A DNA stretch of 64,000 nucleotides from an uncultured Gemmatimonadaceae bacterium (GCA_963781585.1 CAWAGQ010000011.1:380480-444479); one strand, 5' to 3'; positions 37,009-47,913 are shown, counted from the first letter of the stretch. Notes: generated from the letters alone by a model not told the origin. Made by a program: numbers and translations.

Positions 37009-39330
37009 TCAGGCGCCGTCCCTGCGTTCGAGCGCGGCCAGCACCCGCCACGGCGTGAGCGGGATCTCATCGACCTCGACGCCTAACGCGTCGGCCACGG
37101 CGTTGGCGATGGCGGGGGCCACCGGAATGATCGGTGGCTCGGCGAGCCCGCGCGCCCCCACGTGGTTGGCCACCGGATCGGCCGCCGCAACACAGAAGGC
37201 ATCGATCGCCGGCACGTCGGCCAGGGTCGGGATCTTGTAGTCGTGAAGCCCGGTGTTGAGGGGAATCCCCGATCGCTCGTCGATCACCTTCTCCTCGAAC
37301 AGGGCGAAGCCGAGACCCTGGAGGATCCCGCCCTCGAGCTGGCTGCGCGCCAGCACCGGATTGATCACCCGACCCGCGTCGTGCGCCGCGACGATCCGCA
37401 CCACGCGCACGATGCCGGTCTCCTCGTCCACTTCGACCTCGGCGAAGTGGGCGCCGAAGGTGACGATGGCGGTGTCGCGCGGATTGGGACCGCGGCTCCC
37501 CTGCCCGGTGATGGTGACCTGGCCGAGCTTCTTCGTCACTTCGGCAATCGACACGTGCTGGGTGCAGTCGCGTTTGTCGATCATGCCGTTGCGCACCACG
37601 AGCTCGTCGGGGGAGCAGTCGAGGATCTCGGCGGCGGCCTCGAGCAGCCTGACGCGCGCCTCTTCGGCGGCCATGCGGACGGCCGGGGCGACCGACGCGA
37701 CGGTGATCGAGCCCCATGAGTTGCCGGTGTACGGCGTGCGCTCGGTGTCGCCCAGCACGAGGCGCACGTCCTCGATTCGCGCGCCGAGGGCCTCGGCGGC
37801 CACCTGCGCGAGAACGGTGCGGGTGCCGGTTCCGAGGTCCTGGGTGCCGGCGAGGACGTCCACGCTCCCGTCTGGATTCAGGCGGACGGTAGCGTAGGCG
37901 GGAGGGCCGCCGCCGGTGGGCCAGATCTGGGCGGCCATCCCGAAGCCGCGCTTGTGGGCGCCGGATGCGCGCTCCCGCCATCCGAACCGGGCCGCCCCCT
38001 CCTCGTAGCATCGACGCAGGCTCCCGCCCGAATACGGACGCCGCTTCTCCTCGTCGCGCTCCGCGTAGTTCCGCAGCCGCAGGTCGAGCGGGTCGAGCCC
38101 GAGTTCATGCGCCAGCACATCCATCGCCCGTTCCTGCGCGAACGCGCCCTCGGCGTGTCCGGGGGCGCGAAACGCCGCCATGGCTCCCGTGTTCACGTAC
38201 ACGAACGTGTCCGTCGTGCGCACGTTGGGACACGCATACAGTTCGTGCAGAATCTTCGTCGGCGACGACTCCCACCCCGCCACTCCCATCGCCACCTCGC
38301 TCTCCGCCTCGATCGCCGTGAGACGGCCGTCGCGCATCGCACCCAGGGTGACGCGCATCCGCATGGCGGTGCGATGTCCGGTATCCAGCTGTTCCCCATG
38401 GCGGTCGAGCACGCAGCGCACCGGGCGCCGGGTGCGACGGGCCAGCAGCGCGGCCACGTAGCTGTGCGCGCCCGCCCCGTTCTTGGCTCCGAAGCCGCCT
38501 CCCATGTACTCCATGAGCACGCGGACGGACGAACGCGGAAGTCCGAAGGCCGCCGCCACACCGTCCCGCACCGCGAAGATCCCCTGCGTCCCTTCCCACA
38601 CCGTCAGGCGGTCACCATCCCACTCCGCCACCGCGCCGTGCGGCTCTAGCGCAGAATGCAGCGCCTCCGGCGTGCGGTACTCGCGGGTGATCGTCACTTC
38701 GGCCTCGCGCAGCCCGCGGGTCACGTCGCCCCGCTCTTGCACCGACGGTGATTCGGGGCTCACGTTGCCGCCCTCGCGCACCAGCGGTGCGCCGGGCGCG
38801 AGGGCCTGTTCGACCGTCGTCACCGGAGTCGCGACGTCATACTCCACCGTCACAGCCGCGGCGGCGCGATGGGCCGCCGCCAGGGACTCGGCACAGACGG
38901 CGGCCACCGGCTGGCCGGCGTAGGAAATGGCGCGGTCGAAGAGCGGCACGCCGCCGGCGCGGGGCCGGCGGGCGAGCGCCGTCAGGTCGTCCGAGCTCAC
39001 CACGTCCACGACGCCGGGGACCGCCCGCGCTCTGGCGACATCCATCGACACCACCCGACCGCGGGCGATGGCGGCGCGCACCATCACCGCGAACAGCAGG
39101 CCCGGGCGCTGGAGATCGGCTGTGTAAGTGGCTCGGCCGGTCACCTTCTCCGGAGCGTCACGGCGCGGGACGGCCTTCCCCACCACAATGAGCGGCGCGC
39201 CAGCTTCCCACGGCGACGGCTCGAAGTCCGGGAGCTCGACGACCCGGGTCTCTTCGCGCCCTTCGACCTCGATAGTCGTGGTGATGAACCTCTTGGCGCG
39301 CGGCGCGCCTTCCTTGCGATCAGCCGGCAT
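37009..39330 (-). CDS. Xanthine dehydrogenase family molybdopterin-binding subunit
   Basis: KVTGRATYTAD, GGGFGAK, AFRAPG, QDLGTG, QLEGGILQG, GLAEPP. Confidence 0.92.
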   Translation of the reverse strand: MPADRKEGAPRAKRFITTTIEVEGREETRVVELPDFEPSPWEAGAPLIVVGKAVPRRDAPEKVTGRATYTADLQRPGLLFAVMVRAAIARGRVVSMDVARARAVPGVVDVVSSDDLTALARRPRAGGVPLFDRAISYAGQPVAAVCAESLAAAHRAAAAVTVEYDVATPVTTVEQALAPGAPLVREGGNVSPESPSVQERGDVTRGLREAEVTITREYRTPEALHSALEPHGAVAEWDGDRLTVWEGTQGIFAVRDGVAAAFGLPRSSVRVLMEYMGGGFGAKNGAGAHSYVAALLARRTRRPVRCVLDRHGEQLDTGHRTAMRMRVTLGAMRDGRLTAIEAESEVAMGVAGWESSPTKILHELYACPNVRTTDTFVYVNTGAMAAFRAPGHAEGAFAQERAMDVLAHELGLDPLDLRLRNYAERDEEKRRPYSGGSLRRCYEEGAARFGWRERASGAHKRGFGMAAQIWPTGGGPPAYATVRLNPDGSVDVLAGTQDLGTGTRTVLAQVAAEALGARIEDVRLVLGDTERTPYTGNSWGSITVASVAPAVRMAAEEARVRLLEAAAEILDCSPDELVVRNGMIDKRDCTQHVSIAEVTKKLGQVTITGQGSRGPNPRDTAIVTFGAHFAEVEVDEETGIVRVVRIVAAHDAGRVINPVLARSQLEGGILQGLGFALFEEKVIDERSGIPLNTGLHDYKIPTLADVPAIDAFCVAAADPVANHVGARGLAEPPIIPVAPAIANAVADALGVEVDEIPLTPWRVLAALERRDGA

Positions 39331-39787
39331 CGTGCTCGCGGGCGGTCGCGGCCACGGCGCGAATGGCGGCGACGATGTTGGGATAGGTGCCGCACCGGCA
39401 GAGGTTGCCACTCATGGCGCGGCGGATGGCCTCGTCATCCGGCTGCGGCGTGCGCCGGAGCAACGCGGCGGCGGCCATGATCTGACCCGGCGTGCAGAAT
39501 CCGCACTGGACCGCGTCGTGGGCGACGAATGCATCCTGGATCGGATGCAATCGCTCCGCCCCCAGCCCTTCGATGGTCTCCACCTGCTGCCCCTCGCATG
39601 CCCTCGTTAGGGTGAGGCAGGAATACACCGGGCGTCCGTCCAGCAGCACGGTGCAGGCGCCGCATTCCCCGCGGGCGCATGCGACTTTGGTCCCCGGGAG
39701 TCCGAGTCGCCCGCGCAGCGTGGCGGCGAGCGTCTCGTCCGGTTGCGGCTCGACGGGTCGCGGGCGCCCGTTGACGGTGAGGAGCAT
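39320..39787 (-). CDS. Xanthine dehydrogenase family [2Fe-2S] subunit
   Basis: CARGECGACT, QCGFCTPG, NLCRCGTY; start moved to ATG 39787 because the upstream extension is repeat DNA. Confidence 0.92.
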   Translation of the reverse strand: MLLTVNGRPRPVEPQPDETLAATLRGRLGLPGTKVACARGECGACTVLLDGRPVYSCLTLTRACEGQQVETIEGLGAERLHPIQDAFVAHDAVQCGFCTPGQIMAAAALLRRTPQPDDEAIRRAMSGNLCRCGTYPNIVAAIRAVAATAREHDAG

Positions 39788-39808
39788 TCCGGGAAAATAC
39801 CGGCGATA

Positions 39809-39979
39809 GGGCATGGACCATAGACCAGAGGCCATAGACCGGAGGCCATAGACCATAGACCAGAGGCCGGAGGCGAGAGGCCATGGGCCAGAAGTCGCAC
39901 ATTCCACCTCTGACCCATGACCCGTGCGCTGTGACCTTTCGCTGCCTGGCCCATGACCCATGGCCTCTGGCCCATGACC
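39809..39979. repeat. Heptamer tandem array with inverted arm (GRCCAKA type)
   Basis: gaccata gaccaga ggccata gaccgga ggccata gaccata gaccaga ggccgga ..., then inverted catgacc catggcc tctggcc catgacc. Confidence 0.85.
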
Positions 39980-40058
39980 GCCTCAGTCCTTCAATCGTCC
40001 CCCGCCGTGCCGTATTATTACGATTCCTCTCACGGTCCTGGAGCCCAGCCAAAGCGCT

Positions 40059-40322
40059 ATGCCGTACGTCATTACCGAAGCCTGCATCGGAGTGAAGGAC
40101 AAGTCCTGCGTGGATGTCTGTCCCGTGGACTGCATCTACGAAGGCCGAGAGATGCTCTATATCCACCCCGATGAGTGCATCGACTGCGGCGCGTGCGAAC
40201 CGGAATGCCCGGTGACGGCGATCTTCCCGGAGGAGGATGTACCCGCCAACGTCCGGCAGTACATCCAGATCAACCGCGACGTGTTCAAGAGCGAGAATCC
40301 GCCAGGGAGGCCGACGAGGTAG
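40059..40322 (+). CDS. 7Fe ferredoxin (FdxA-type)
   Basis: [35 protein letters not shown]. Confidence 0.95.
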   Translation: MPYVITEACIGVKDKSCVDVCPVDCIYEGREMLYIHPDECIDCGACEPECPVTAIFPEEDVPANVRQYIQINRDVFKSENPPGRPTR

Positions 40323-40324
40323 AA

Positions 40325-41140
40325 GTGAGCGCCGAGCGCGCGGCCCCGACCGAAGGACTGAGCCGCCCGGTGCAGTCGCCCGCGGCGCCTCAGGGTGAGA
40401 CGAGAGCAACCGCGCGTGCCCTGAAAGCCGTCACGTTCGACTACTGGGATACGATCTACTCGGGGATCAACACAGCGGAGCGGGTGGAGCGCCGGCAGGG
40501 CGCGCTGATGCGGATGCTCGAGATGATCGGGGCCGAGGTACCGGCCGAGGAGTTCGACCGCCTGTACCGGGCGTCGGCGGCCGAGGCGGATCGCTGGTGG
40601 CGCGACGAGCACCGCGGCTACACCACCGCCGACCGGATCCGGTGGATTCTCGCCGAACTGGCGATCGAGCGGCCCGAGTCGTGCGAACACATCGCGCGCG
40701 CGGTGGAGGAGGTGGACGCGTCGCTGGTGGAATTCCCGCCGGCGTTTCTCGCCGGGGCGCGCGAGGGGCTGCAGCGGCTGTCGCGACGATTCAAGCTGGC
40801 GATCATCTCCGATACGGGATTCGTGTCGGGGCACGGACAGAACGCCGTGATGGAGCAGGACGGCATACTCTCCTGCTTCGCGGCCACGATCTATTCCATG
40901 GATATCGGGCACGCCAAGCCGCGTCCCGAGCCGTTCCAGGCGGCGATCGAATCGTTAGGCGTGGAACCGCACGAGGCGCTGCACGTGGGCGACAACGAGC
41001 GGACCGACGTGGGCGGGGCGCTGGGGGTCGGGATGCGCGCCGTGCGCCTCGACCTGGCCCGCCCCGGCGGCAGCACTCGCGCCGAGTACGTGGCGACCAG
41101 CTTCCAGGATCTGGTGCGATACCTGGAAGCGAGCCGCTGA
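40325..41140 (+). CDS. HAD-superfamily hydrolase
   Basis: FDYWDT motif I, ISDT, KPRP, HVGDNERTD. Confidence 0.85.
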   Translation: MSAERAAPTEGLSRPVQSPAAPQGETRATARALKAVTFDYWDTIYSGINTAERVERRQGALMRMLEMIGAEVPAEEFDRLYRASAAEADRWWRDEHRGYTTADRIRWILAELAIERPESCEHIARAVEEVDASLVEFPPAFLAGAREGLQRLSRRFKLAIISDTGFVSGHGQNAVMEQDGILSCFAATIYSMDIGHAKPRPEPFQAAIESLGVEPHEALHVGDNERTDVGGALGVGMRAVRLDLARPGGSTRAEYVATSFQDLVRYLEASR

Positions 41141-41164
41141 CGGCTTACGGCTCTTGAGGCGCCG

Positions 41165-41959
41165 CTATTGAAGTTCCAGCACCCCGAGAAACTCGCTGAG
41201 TACATGATTGAACGCCGCCGGCCGTTCCATGTTGCTCACGTGCCCCGCGCCCGCGATCACCTCGAGCCGGCTCCCGCGAATCGCAGCGTTGAGCGCCCGT
41301 GATTCGCTCACCGGGATCAGCGTGTCCTCTTCCCCCACTACCACCAGCGTCGGCACGTCGATCGTCGCCAACGTCGGCGTCGAATCGGGCCGCTCCATCA
41401 TCGCCTGCAGCGCCCCCACCACCCCGTCCACCGGGGCCGACGCCATCATGCTGTGCGCCGCGTCGCCGATTTCCGGACTCTTGTCGCGCGTGCTCTTCCC
41501 CACCATCCCGCCGATCATCGAGTCCGCTACCGCACCACTCCCGCGCTCGCGGGCAAGCGCGATCATCTCCTGCCGCTTCCGGCGGCCCTCCTCGGAGTCC
41601 GCACCAGCCCGCGTGTCGGACAGCACCAGCGCACGCACGCGCTCCCGATGGCGACGCCAGAACGCGAAGGCGACGTAGCCGCCCATCGACAGCCCCGCAA
41701 CGACCGCGCGGTCCACCCGCTCGACGTCCATCAACGCGGCGATGTCGTCGGCGTATTGATCCATCGTGAACGGCGCCGCGGCGGTGGTTTCGCCAAAACC
41801 CCGGAGGTCCGGGGCAATGCAACGCGCCCGATCGACCAGTGCATTCACCTGCGGCGACCAGAGCGTGCGATTGTGCGGAAACCCGTGCACGAACACCACC
41901 GGCAGCCCGCTCCCCACGTCGTCATAGCCGATTTCGATCCCGCCGCCCATTGCAATCAC
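41165..41959 (-). CDS. Alpha/beta hydrolase (enol-lactonase-like)
   Basis: HGFP, DLRGFG, GLSMGG, GEED, AGH. Confidence 0.9.
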   Translation of the reverse strand: MIAMGGGIEIGYDDVGSGLPVVFVHGFPHNRTLWSPQVNALVDRARCIAPDLRGFGETTAAAPFTMDQYADDIAALMDVERVDRAVVAGLSMGGYVAFAFWRRHRERVRALVLSDTRAGADSEEGRRKRQEMIALARERGSGAVADSMIGGMVGKSTRDKSPEIGDAAHSMMASAPVDGVVGALQAMMERPDSTPTLATIDVPTLVVVGEEDTLIPVSESRALNAAIRGSRLEVIAGAGHVSNMERPAAFNHVLSEFLGVLELQ

Positions 41960-42097
41960 CGCTCCACCTCCCGTCGAGTCGATGCCTAAACATGAACTCA
42001 CCCCTGGCCCCCCTGCTAGATTGGCAACACGCGCCGCCCGCCGGACCTGCGACGCCGGCGAGCCGGGGTGTACGCTCACCTTCCTCCGCGTTCTTCC

Positions 42098-43273
42098 GTG
42101 CCAGGTTCGTCGCACACCGACACTCCGCTGTATCTGGATTCCCCACACGCGGTCGACGACTTCATGGCGTCGATCGCCGGGGCGCGGTCGCTGGCGCTCG
42201 ACACCGAGGGCGCCAGCTTTCACCGCTACGTCGATCGCATATACCTCCTGCAGATCACGGCCTGCGAGCGGCACGCCATCGTCGATCCGCTGCGCATCGA
42301 CGCCCTGCCGGCGCTCGGCACCCTGCTGGAATCGCGCGACGTGGAGGTGGTGTTCCACGACGCCGACTACGACCTGCGCCTGCTCCATCAGGACTACGGA
42401 TGGCACGTCACCAGCATCTTCGACACCCGGGTCGCTGCCCAGCTGCTCGGCATCAAGGCGTTCGGCCTGGCCGCCCTGCTCGAGTCGTACTTCGGCGTCA
42501 GGCTGGACAAGAAACACCAGCGCGCCGACTGGTCCATGCGGCCGCTTCCACCCGAGATGCTGCGCTACGCGGTGCAGGACACCATGTATCTGCTCGATCT
42601 GCGAGATCGGCTGCGAAGCGAGCTGCAGGAGAAGGGACGCTGGACCTGGGCGGTGGAAGAGTACCAGCGCCTGGAGGGAACTCGCTGGGACGCCGAGAAC
42701 GGGAACGACGCCTTCCTGCGCCTCAAGGGGGCGCGTGATCTGAGCCGCCGCGAGCTGGCCGTGCTGCGGGAACTGGTCGCCTGGCGTGACGACGTCGCGC
42801 GCGGACTCGACCGGAGCAGCTTCCGCGTGGCGGGGAATGAGGTCCTGCTGGACCTCGCCCGCACGTCACCCACGTCGGTGGACGTGCTGGAGAAAACCAA
42901 GGGGCTCTCACGCAGCCTCGTCGCGCGGGCGGGTCCGGATATCCTCGCCGCCATCGCGCGCGGCGGCGCCATTCCCGAGAATGAACTGCCGCGATTCCCA
43001 AGGGGAGTACGGTGGGCGCGGGACCCGGATTACGAGAATCGTGTGGCACGCTTGCGGAAGGTCCGCGACAGGAAGGCCGCCCAGCTGGCGCTCGACCCCG
43101 GCGTGCTCTGTCCCAGAGAGCGGCTCGAGGTCATCGCGCGCCGCAACCCCACCGAGGTCGAGCAGTTGCGGGATAACCCGGAGCTGCGAGCATGGCAGAT
43201 CGAGGTACTCGGCGAGGATTTCGTGCGCACGCTGCGCGACACGGGCGACGAGCGATCGCCGTACCGGGACTGA
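42098..43273 (+). CDS. rnd: Ribonuclease D with HRDC domain
   Basis: LDTEG, FHDADYD, FDTRVAA, DWSMRPL, YAVQD. Confidence 0.9.
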   Translation: MPGSSHTDTPLYLDSPHAVDDFMASIAGARSLALDTEGASFHRYVDRIYLLQITACERHAIVDPLRIDALPALGTLLESRDVEVVFHDADYDLRLLHQDYGWHVTSIFDTRVAAQLLGIKAFGLAALLESYFGVRLDKKHQRADWSMRPLPPEMLRYAVQDTMYLLDLRDRLRSELQEKGRWTWAVEEYQRLEGTRWDAENGNDAFLRLKGARDLSRRELAVLRELVAWRDDVARGLDRSSFRVAGNEVLLDLARTSPTSVDVLEKTKGLSRSLVARAGPDILAAIARGGAIPENELPRFPRGVRWARDPDYENRVARLRKVRDRKAAQLALDPGVLCPRERLEVIARRNPTEVEQLRDNPELRAWQIEVLGEDFVRTLRDTGDERSPYRD

Positions 43274-43280
43274 GAGGACC

Positions 43281-45141
43281 ATGCCGCGGCTCGACGCGTG
43301 CACAAGCCCTGGACGTTCGCCAGGTGACCTCGCCGGGGCCGCGTCTCATGGCATCCAACCGCGTGTGAGCCCGGTGGCCCGGTCCCTGCTTGCGGCGGTG
43401 CTCCTCCTTGCGTCGCGCGTCGAAGGCCAGCCATCGCCACTCCCCGGCCTGTACGCCGTTGCGCTGCCGAGCGACTCCGCGCCGCCTCCACTCCCACGCG
43501 AATTCCGGGGAGTCTGGGTCGCGACCGTCGCCAACATGGATTGGCCCTCACGCCCGGGACTCCCCGTCGCGCAGCAGAAGGACGAGCTGCTTGCGCTCCT
43601 CGACCGCGCGGCGGCGGTGCATCTCAACGCCGTGATCTTCCAGGTGCGGCCCGCGGCCGATGCCCTCTACGCCTCGCGCTACGAGCCGTGGTCGGCGGTG
43701 CTCACCGGGACGCAAGGAAAGGCGCCGTCTCCGTTCTACGATCCGCTCGCCTTTGCGGTTGCTGAAGCGCACAAACGCGGGCTCGAGCTTCACGCGTGGT
43801 TCAATCCCTATCGCGCCCGCTATCGCGACGATCACAGGCCCGCGGCGCGCTCGCACGTGAGCCGCGCCATGCCCAGGGTGGTGAAGCGCTACGGGCCGTA
43901 TCTGTGGATGGATCCCGGCGAGCCGGCCGTGCGAGACGAGACGATCAAGGTGATCCTCGATGTCGTGCATCGGTACGACATCGATGCGGTGCACCTCGAC
44001 GACTACTTCTATCCGTATCCCGAGCGCGATCGCCGCGGCCGTGTGATCGACTTTCCCGATGGGCCGTCGTGGACGCGCTACGTGCGGGGCGGCGGGAAAC
44101 TCGACCGCGACGACTGGCGCCGCCAGAACGTCGACCTGCTCGTCGAGTCGCTGTACCGCGAGATCAAGAAGGCCAAACCGTGGGTGCGGTTCGGCATCAG
44201 TCCCTTCGGCATCTGGCGCCCGGGGAGTCCTCCCGCGGTGACAGGCTTCGATTCCTACGGGAGTCTGTACGCCGACTCCAGGAAGTGGCTGGCCGAGGGG
44301 TGGCTCGATTATCTGACGCCTCAACTCTATTGGCGGACAGCAGCGCCGGCGCAGAGCTATCCCCAGCTGCTGGCCTGGTGGGCGGGGCAGAACGCGCACG
44401 GGCGGCATCTGTGGCCCGGCAATGCCGACTACAAGGTCACAAACAGCGGTGAGCGGTGGCGCAGTTCGGAGATCGTCGGGCAGATCGACCTGACGCGGGA
44501 CCAGCCGGGGTCCGACGGCAACGTCCACTTCAACGCCAGCGCGCTGGCGGCGAGCTGGGATGGCCTCAGCGGTCACCTCAGCGATGGACCGTACGCGGCG
44601 CCGGCTCTTCCGCCGGCGTCACCATGGCTGTCCAGCGGAGGGCCCGGCACCACCGGTCGTCACGCGGCGCGATATCCCCGCAACGCCTGCAGCCCGGGGC
44701 GGCGGGGCTGGAGGCGCATGGGCGGCGATGATTCTGCAGCTGTCGATGTCTCCGGATAGGCCAGGCGGGCCCGGTGCGGGCGCCAGGGGACCAGCCGAGC
44801 GTGCGGAGGAGAGTGTCGCGGCCGGGACGCCACGATGGTGGCTCGTGCGGGCACGCTACTCCGACGGATGGCACGCGATCATCGCCGATGCCACGCAGCG
44901 ATCGGTGCGCGTGGTGGCGGATGGGGCGGGCCAGCTTCCGGACTTCGTGGTGGTGAGCGCGGTGGGGAGGGCGGGGGTGGAATCGGAGGGGGTGGAAGTG
45001 GTGGGGCCGGGTGTTGGCCGTCAGGGCCGACCCACCTTCGGCGGCTCCCCAAGCCGCTTCCCCAACGCGGCAAGATACCCGTCCGCGGTCGCCCCCATGT
45101 CCATGAAGAAGTGGCTGACAAACCGGAACACCGGATTGTAA
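43281..45141 (+). CDS. GHL10 (YddW/DigH-like) glycoside hydrolase; C-terminal domain frameshifted at ~44640
   Basis: EFRGVWVATVANMDWPS, HAWFNPYR, DDYFYPY, GISPFGIW, PQLYW; catalytic ORF stops at 44759 while the VVSAVGRAGVES tail lies in the 44560..45141 frame. Confidence 0.8.
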
Positions 45142-45545
45142 ACCTCCCCCTCTTCCGTGATCGTCAGCGTCGATCCACCGGGCGAGGGAGCCACCTCGTA
45201 GATCCATTGTCCACCGTACGGCAGCCCCGGATCGGCGATCGTGCGCACCATCCGCCTCGGCGCCTCTGTCTCGGTTGTCTCGTAAGGCACCGCGTCGCCG
45301 CGCTGCGAGACTTCGCGCCAGACGGCCTTGCCGTCGCGATCGGCCATGCGCTCGACCGACTTGATGTCGCTCCGCCACGCCGCCTGTCCCGCGAAGTCGG
45401 CGATCACCGCCCACACCGAATCGGGCGGCTGGCCGAACGTCGCCGAACGGCGCACCACGTGCGCTTTGGGCAGCATCGCGCCAATCGCCGCCACTACGGC
45501 TACGATGCCCACCACTGCCCCGAGCGCGATCAGGAGCCACTTCAT
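45021..45545 (-). CDS. SRPBCC (polyketide cyclase-like) protein with N-terminal TM
   Basis: VWAVIAD, WRSD, GQWIYE, LTITEEG. Confidence 0.75.
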   Translation of the reverse strand: MKWLLIALGAVVGIVAVVAAIGAMLPKAHVVRRSATFGQPPDSVWAVIADFAGQAAWRSDIKSVERMADRDGKAVWREVSQRGDAVPYETTETEAPRRMVRTIADPGLPYGGQWIYEVAPSPGGSTLTITEEGEVYNPVFRFVSHFFMDMGATADGYLAALGKRLGEPPKVGRP

Positions 45546-45774
45546 GGACGCCACCTCCGGTGTGTCTGCTGTCCGTGCTCGCGAGTCACGTCCGGCGCGG
45601 ACGGGGGTGCATCATGTCGCGCACTGCTCGGGCAGCCCTGCCGACCGCATCATGTCGCCGGCCGTTCGGGGCGAGCAGCTTCAGTCCCGTGAGCGCGGCC
45701 GCCTGCTCGACCCGGCACGCATGATCCGTCCCAGGTCCTCTGACAACTGAAGACCGAACACTGATAACCGCACT

Positions 45775-46134
45775 CTAGAATCCCAGGTACGCCCTGACCC
45801 TTGGCTCGATCCGCTCCGGCGTCCACGGGGGCGACCACACCAGGTTCACTGCCACGTCCCGCACCTCGGGCATCGCACGCAGCTCCTGCTCGGCCTCGTG
45901 GAGGATCTGGGGACCCGCGGGGCATCCAGGCGAGGTGAGGCTCATGTCCACCGTCACGTTGCCGTCTTCGACCTGGATATCGTAAACCAAACCGAGATCG
46001 ATGATGTTGAGATTGATCTCGGGATCCTTCACCCGCCGCAAAGCGAGTCGGACCTGGTCCTCACTCAGCCCCGCCGAGGGCTCTCCGCCATCACCCGAGT
46101 CCGCATCGCGTGGCGCACCCGCTGGATCGCTCAT
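45775..46134 (-). CDS. Metal-sulfur cluster assembly factor (SufT/PaaD, DUF59)
   Basis: VKDPEINLNIIDLGLVY, LTSPGCP, WSPPWT. Confidence 0.9.
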   Translation of the reverse strand: MSDPAGAPRDADSGDGGEPSAGLSEDQVRLALRRVKDPEINLNIIDLGLVYDIQVEDGNVTVDMSLTSPGCPAGPQILHEAEQELRAMPEVRDVAVNLVWSPPWTPERIEPRVRAYLGF

Positions 46135-46252
46135 ACGAATGAAGATGCCGGAACGTGGCGGCGTCGGGCAAGCGGCGTGCGCTGACAGCTCACAGCCAGC
46201 ACGCCTCAAGCAGCGCGATCAGGGAGCTGCCGGCAGATCGCTCTCGCCCGAC

Positions 46253-47584
46253 CTAGTACGTACCGCTCTTCTTCGCCTGCGGCTTCGGGGCGGCCTTCGT
46301 CGGCGTGTTCTTCGCCGGAGCCTTCTTTACCGGTGTCGACTTCCTGCTCTTCGCCCGGGCCTTCCTTGGCGCCGGATTCCAACCCGTCGCGCGGTCGGAG
46401 CGATACGAGCGTGGTACGTCGACCACCATGTCGGCGTCCACCACCGCCACCGCCGCCGCATCCGCCAGATCGTTGCGCACGTCGGCGATGACCTTGGCAG
46501 GACGGCGCGCGCGCGCCGCGTGCACGCGATTGGTCAGCAGAATGACGAACAGCTCCCGGTCGGGATCGATCCACATCGACGTCCCTGTGTACCCGGTGTG
46601 GCCGAACGAATCTGCGCTCAGGTAATCTCCCGATCCTGCGCCGTCCTCCGCCGTGTCCCATCCGAGTGCGCGCGTTCCCCCTGGCTGTTGCCGCGTGAAC
46701 AGATCGACCACGGAGTCGCTGACGATGCGCACGCCTTCGTACTCGCCCTTGTTGAGCATCATCTGGGCGAAGATCGACAGGTCCGCGGCTGTGGAGAACA
46801 GGCCCGCGTGTCCGGCCACCCCGCCAAGGGCGTAGGCGTTCTCGTCGTGCACTTCGCCCTGGATGGGGTATCCGCGCGGCGGCGAGACCTCGGTCGGGGC
46901 AATGCGCTTGCGCAGCGAGTCCGCGGGGCGGAAGAACGTGTCGTTCATTCCAAGCGGACCAAATACGCGCTCCTCCAGAAACGAATCGAGCCCCTGGCCG
47001 GTGATCGCCTCGATCGTCCATCCCAGCACATCAGCGCCAAGGTCTGAGTACAGGTACCGGTCGCCGGGACGGGCTGTGAGCGGGGTGGACAGGACGATGT
47101 CCTTCGCCTGCTGGGGATTGTCAGCCAGACGCCATAGCTCGCGTCCGGCGGGCAGCCCCGAGCGGTGCGTGAGCAGCTGCCGGATGGTGACGAGGTCCTT
47201 CTGGCCCCCTGTGAACTGCGGCAGGTAGCGCATGACGGGTGCGTCCAGGTCCAGGCGCCCCTCGTCGAAGAGGATCATCGCCGCCATGGTGGTGCCAACG
47301 ACCTTGGTCAGGGAGGCGAGGTCGTAGATGGTGCGATCTGCAGTGACGGCCGGACTATTGGCGGTCCAGCCGAGGTGCCCGAAGCCCTTCTCGAACACGG
47401 CGGCGCCGCGTCGTCCCACCACAACGGCGGCACCTGGGAATCCTCCGGCCTTCAGCCCACGGTTCACCACGCGGTCGATGGCCGCCAGGCGGGCAGCCGA
47501 CATGCCCACAGACTTGGCGGGCCGGATGGGAAGCCCATCCGACGGTGCAAACGCAACGGTTAGCGCTGTAAGGAATGCCAGCAA
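46253..47584 (-). CDS. Serine hydrolase (class C beta-lactamase-like) with Lys/Ala/Pro-rich tail
   Basis: SLTK, LLTHRSG, YSD, GHAGLF, GHTGYTG. Confidence 0.88.
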   Translation of the reverse strand: MLAFLTALTVAFAPSDGLPIRPAKSVGMSAARLAAIDRVVNRGLKAGGFPGAAVVVGRRGAAVFEKGFGHLGWTANSPAVTADRTIYDLASLTKVVGTTMAAMILFDEGRLDLDAPVMRYLPQFTGGQKDLVTIRQLLTHRSGLPAGRELWRLADNPQQAKDIVLSTPLTARPGDRYLYSDLGADVLGWTIEAITGQGLDSFLEERVFGPLGMNDTFFRPADSLRKRIAPTEVSPPRGYPIQGEVHDENAYALGGVAGHAGLFSTAADLSIFAQMMLNKGEYEGVRIVSDSVVDLFTRQQPGGTRALGWDTAEDGAGSGDYLSADSFGHTGYTGTSMWIDPDRELFVILLTNRVHAARARRPAKVIADVRNDLADAAAVAVVDADMVVDVPRSYRSDRATGWNPAPRKARAKSRKSTPVKKAPAKNTPTKAAPKPQAKKSGTY

Positions 47585-47754
47585 ACGACCACTCCCGAGC
47601 CGCGGGTCCAGAGGCAGCGAACGGCGGCCCTCTCAAGCGCGTTGCAACGTGCAAGGAGCGAGCCGCCGCCTTCACAACGACGGAAAATAATGCCGATTGG
47701 ACGAGCTATGGAGTAGACTCCGGCCGGTGGGGGTGGGTTACATCTTGAGTGCAC

Positions 47755-47913
47755 AGGCCAGAGGCCATGACCGGGCGACGCCGTGCGTAATCATGGTCTT
47801 TTCGGGAAGGCCGGAGGGCACAGGCCATAGGCCGTGACCGGCAAGTCCCTCTGTGGCCTCTGACCTATCACCTATCAGTATGGCCCATGACCTATGGCCC
47901 ATGACCTATGGCC
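47755..47913. repeat. Heptamer tandem/palindromic repeat (GGCCAKA type)
   Basis: ggccaga, ggccgga gggcaca ggccata; inverted arm includes perfect TATGGCCCATGACC x2 + TATGGCC at 47879-47913. Confidence 0.8.

Noticed and set aside
39788..39961. N-terminal extension (SGLWSMVYGL) of the 2Fe-2S subunit as a signal peptide
   Set aside because: It is the translation of the heptamer array; there is no proper Tat motif and the domain starts at MLLTVNG
46253..47584. Antibiotic-resistance beta-lactamase
   Set aside because: The YSD and GHAGLF pattern fits the broad serine hydrolase/esterase group; resistance cannot be inferred
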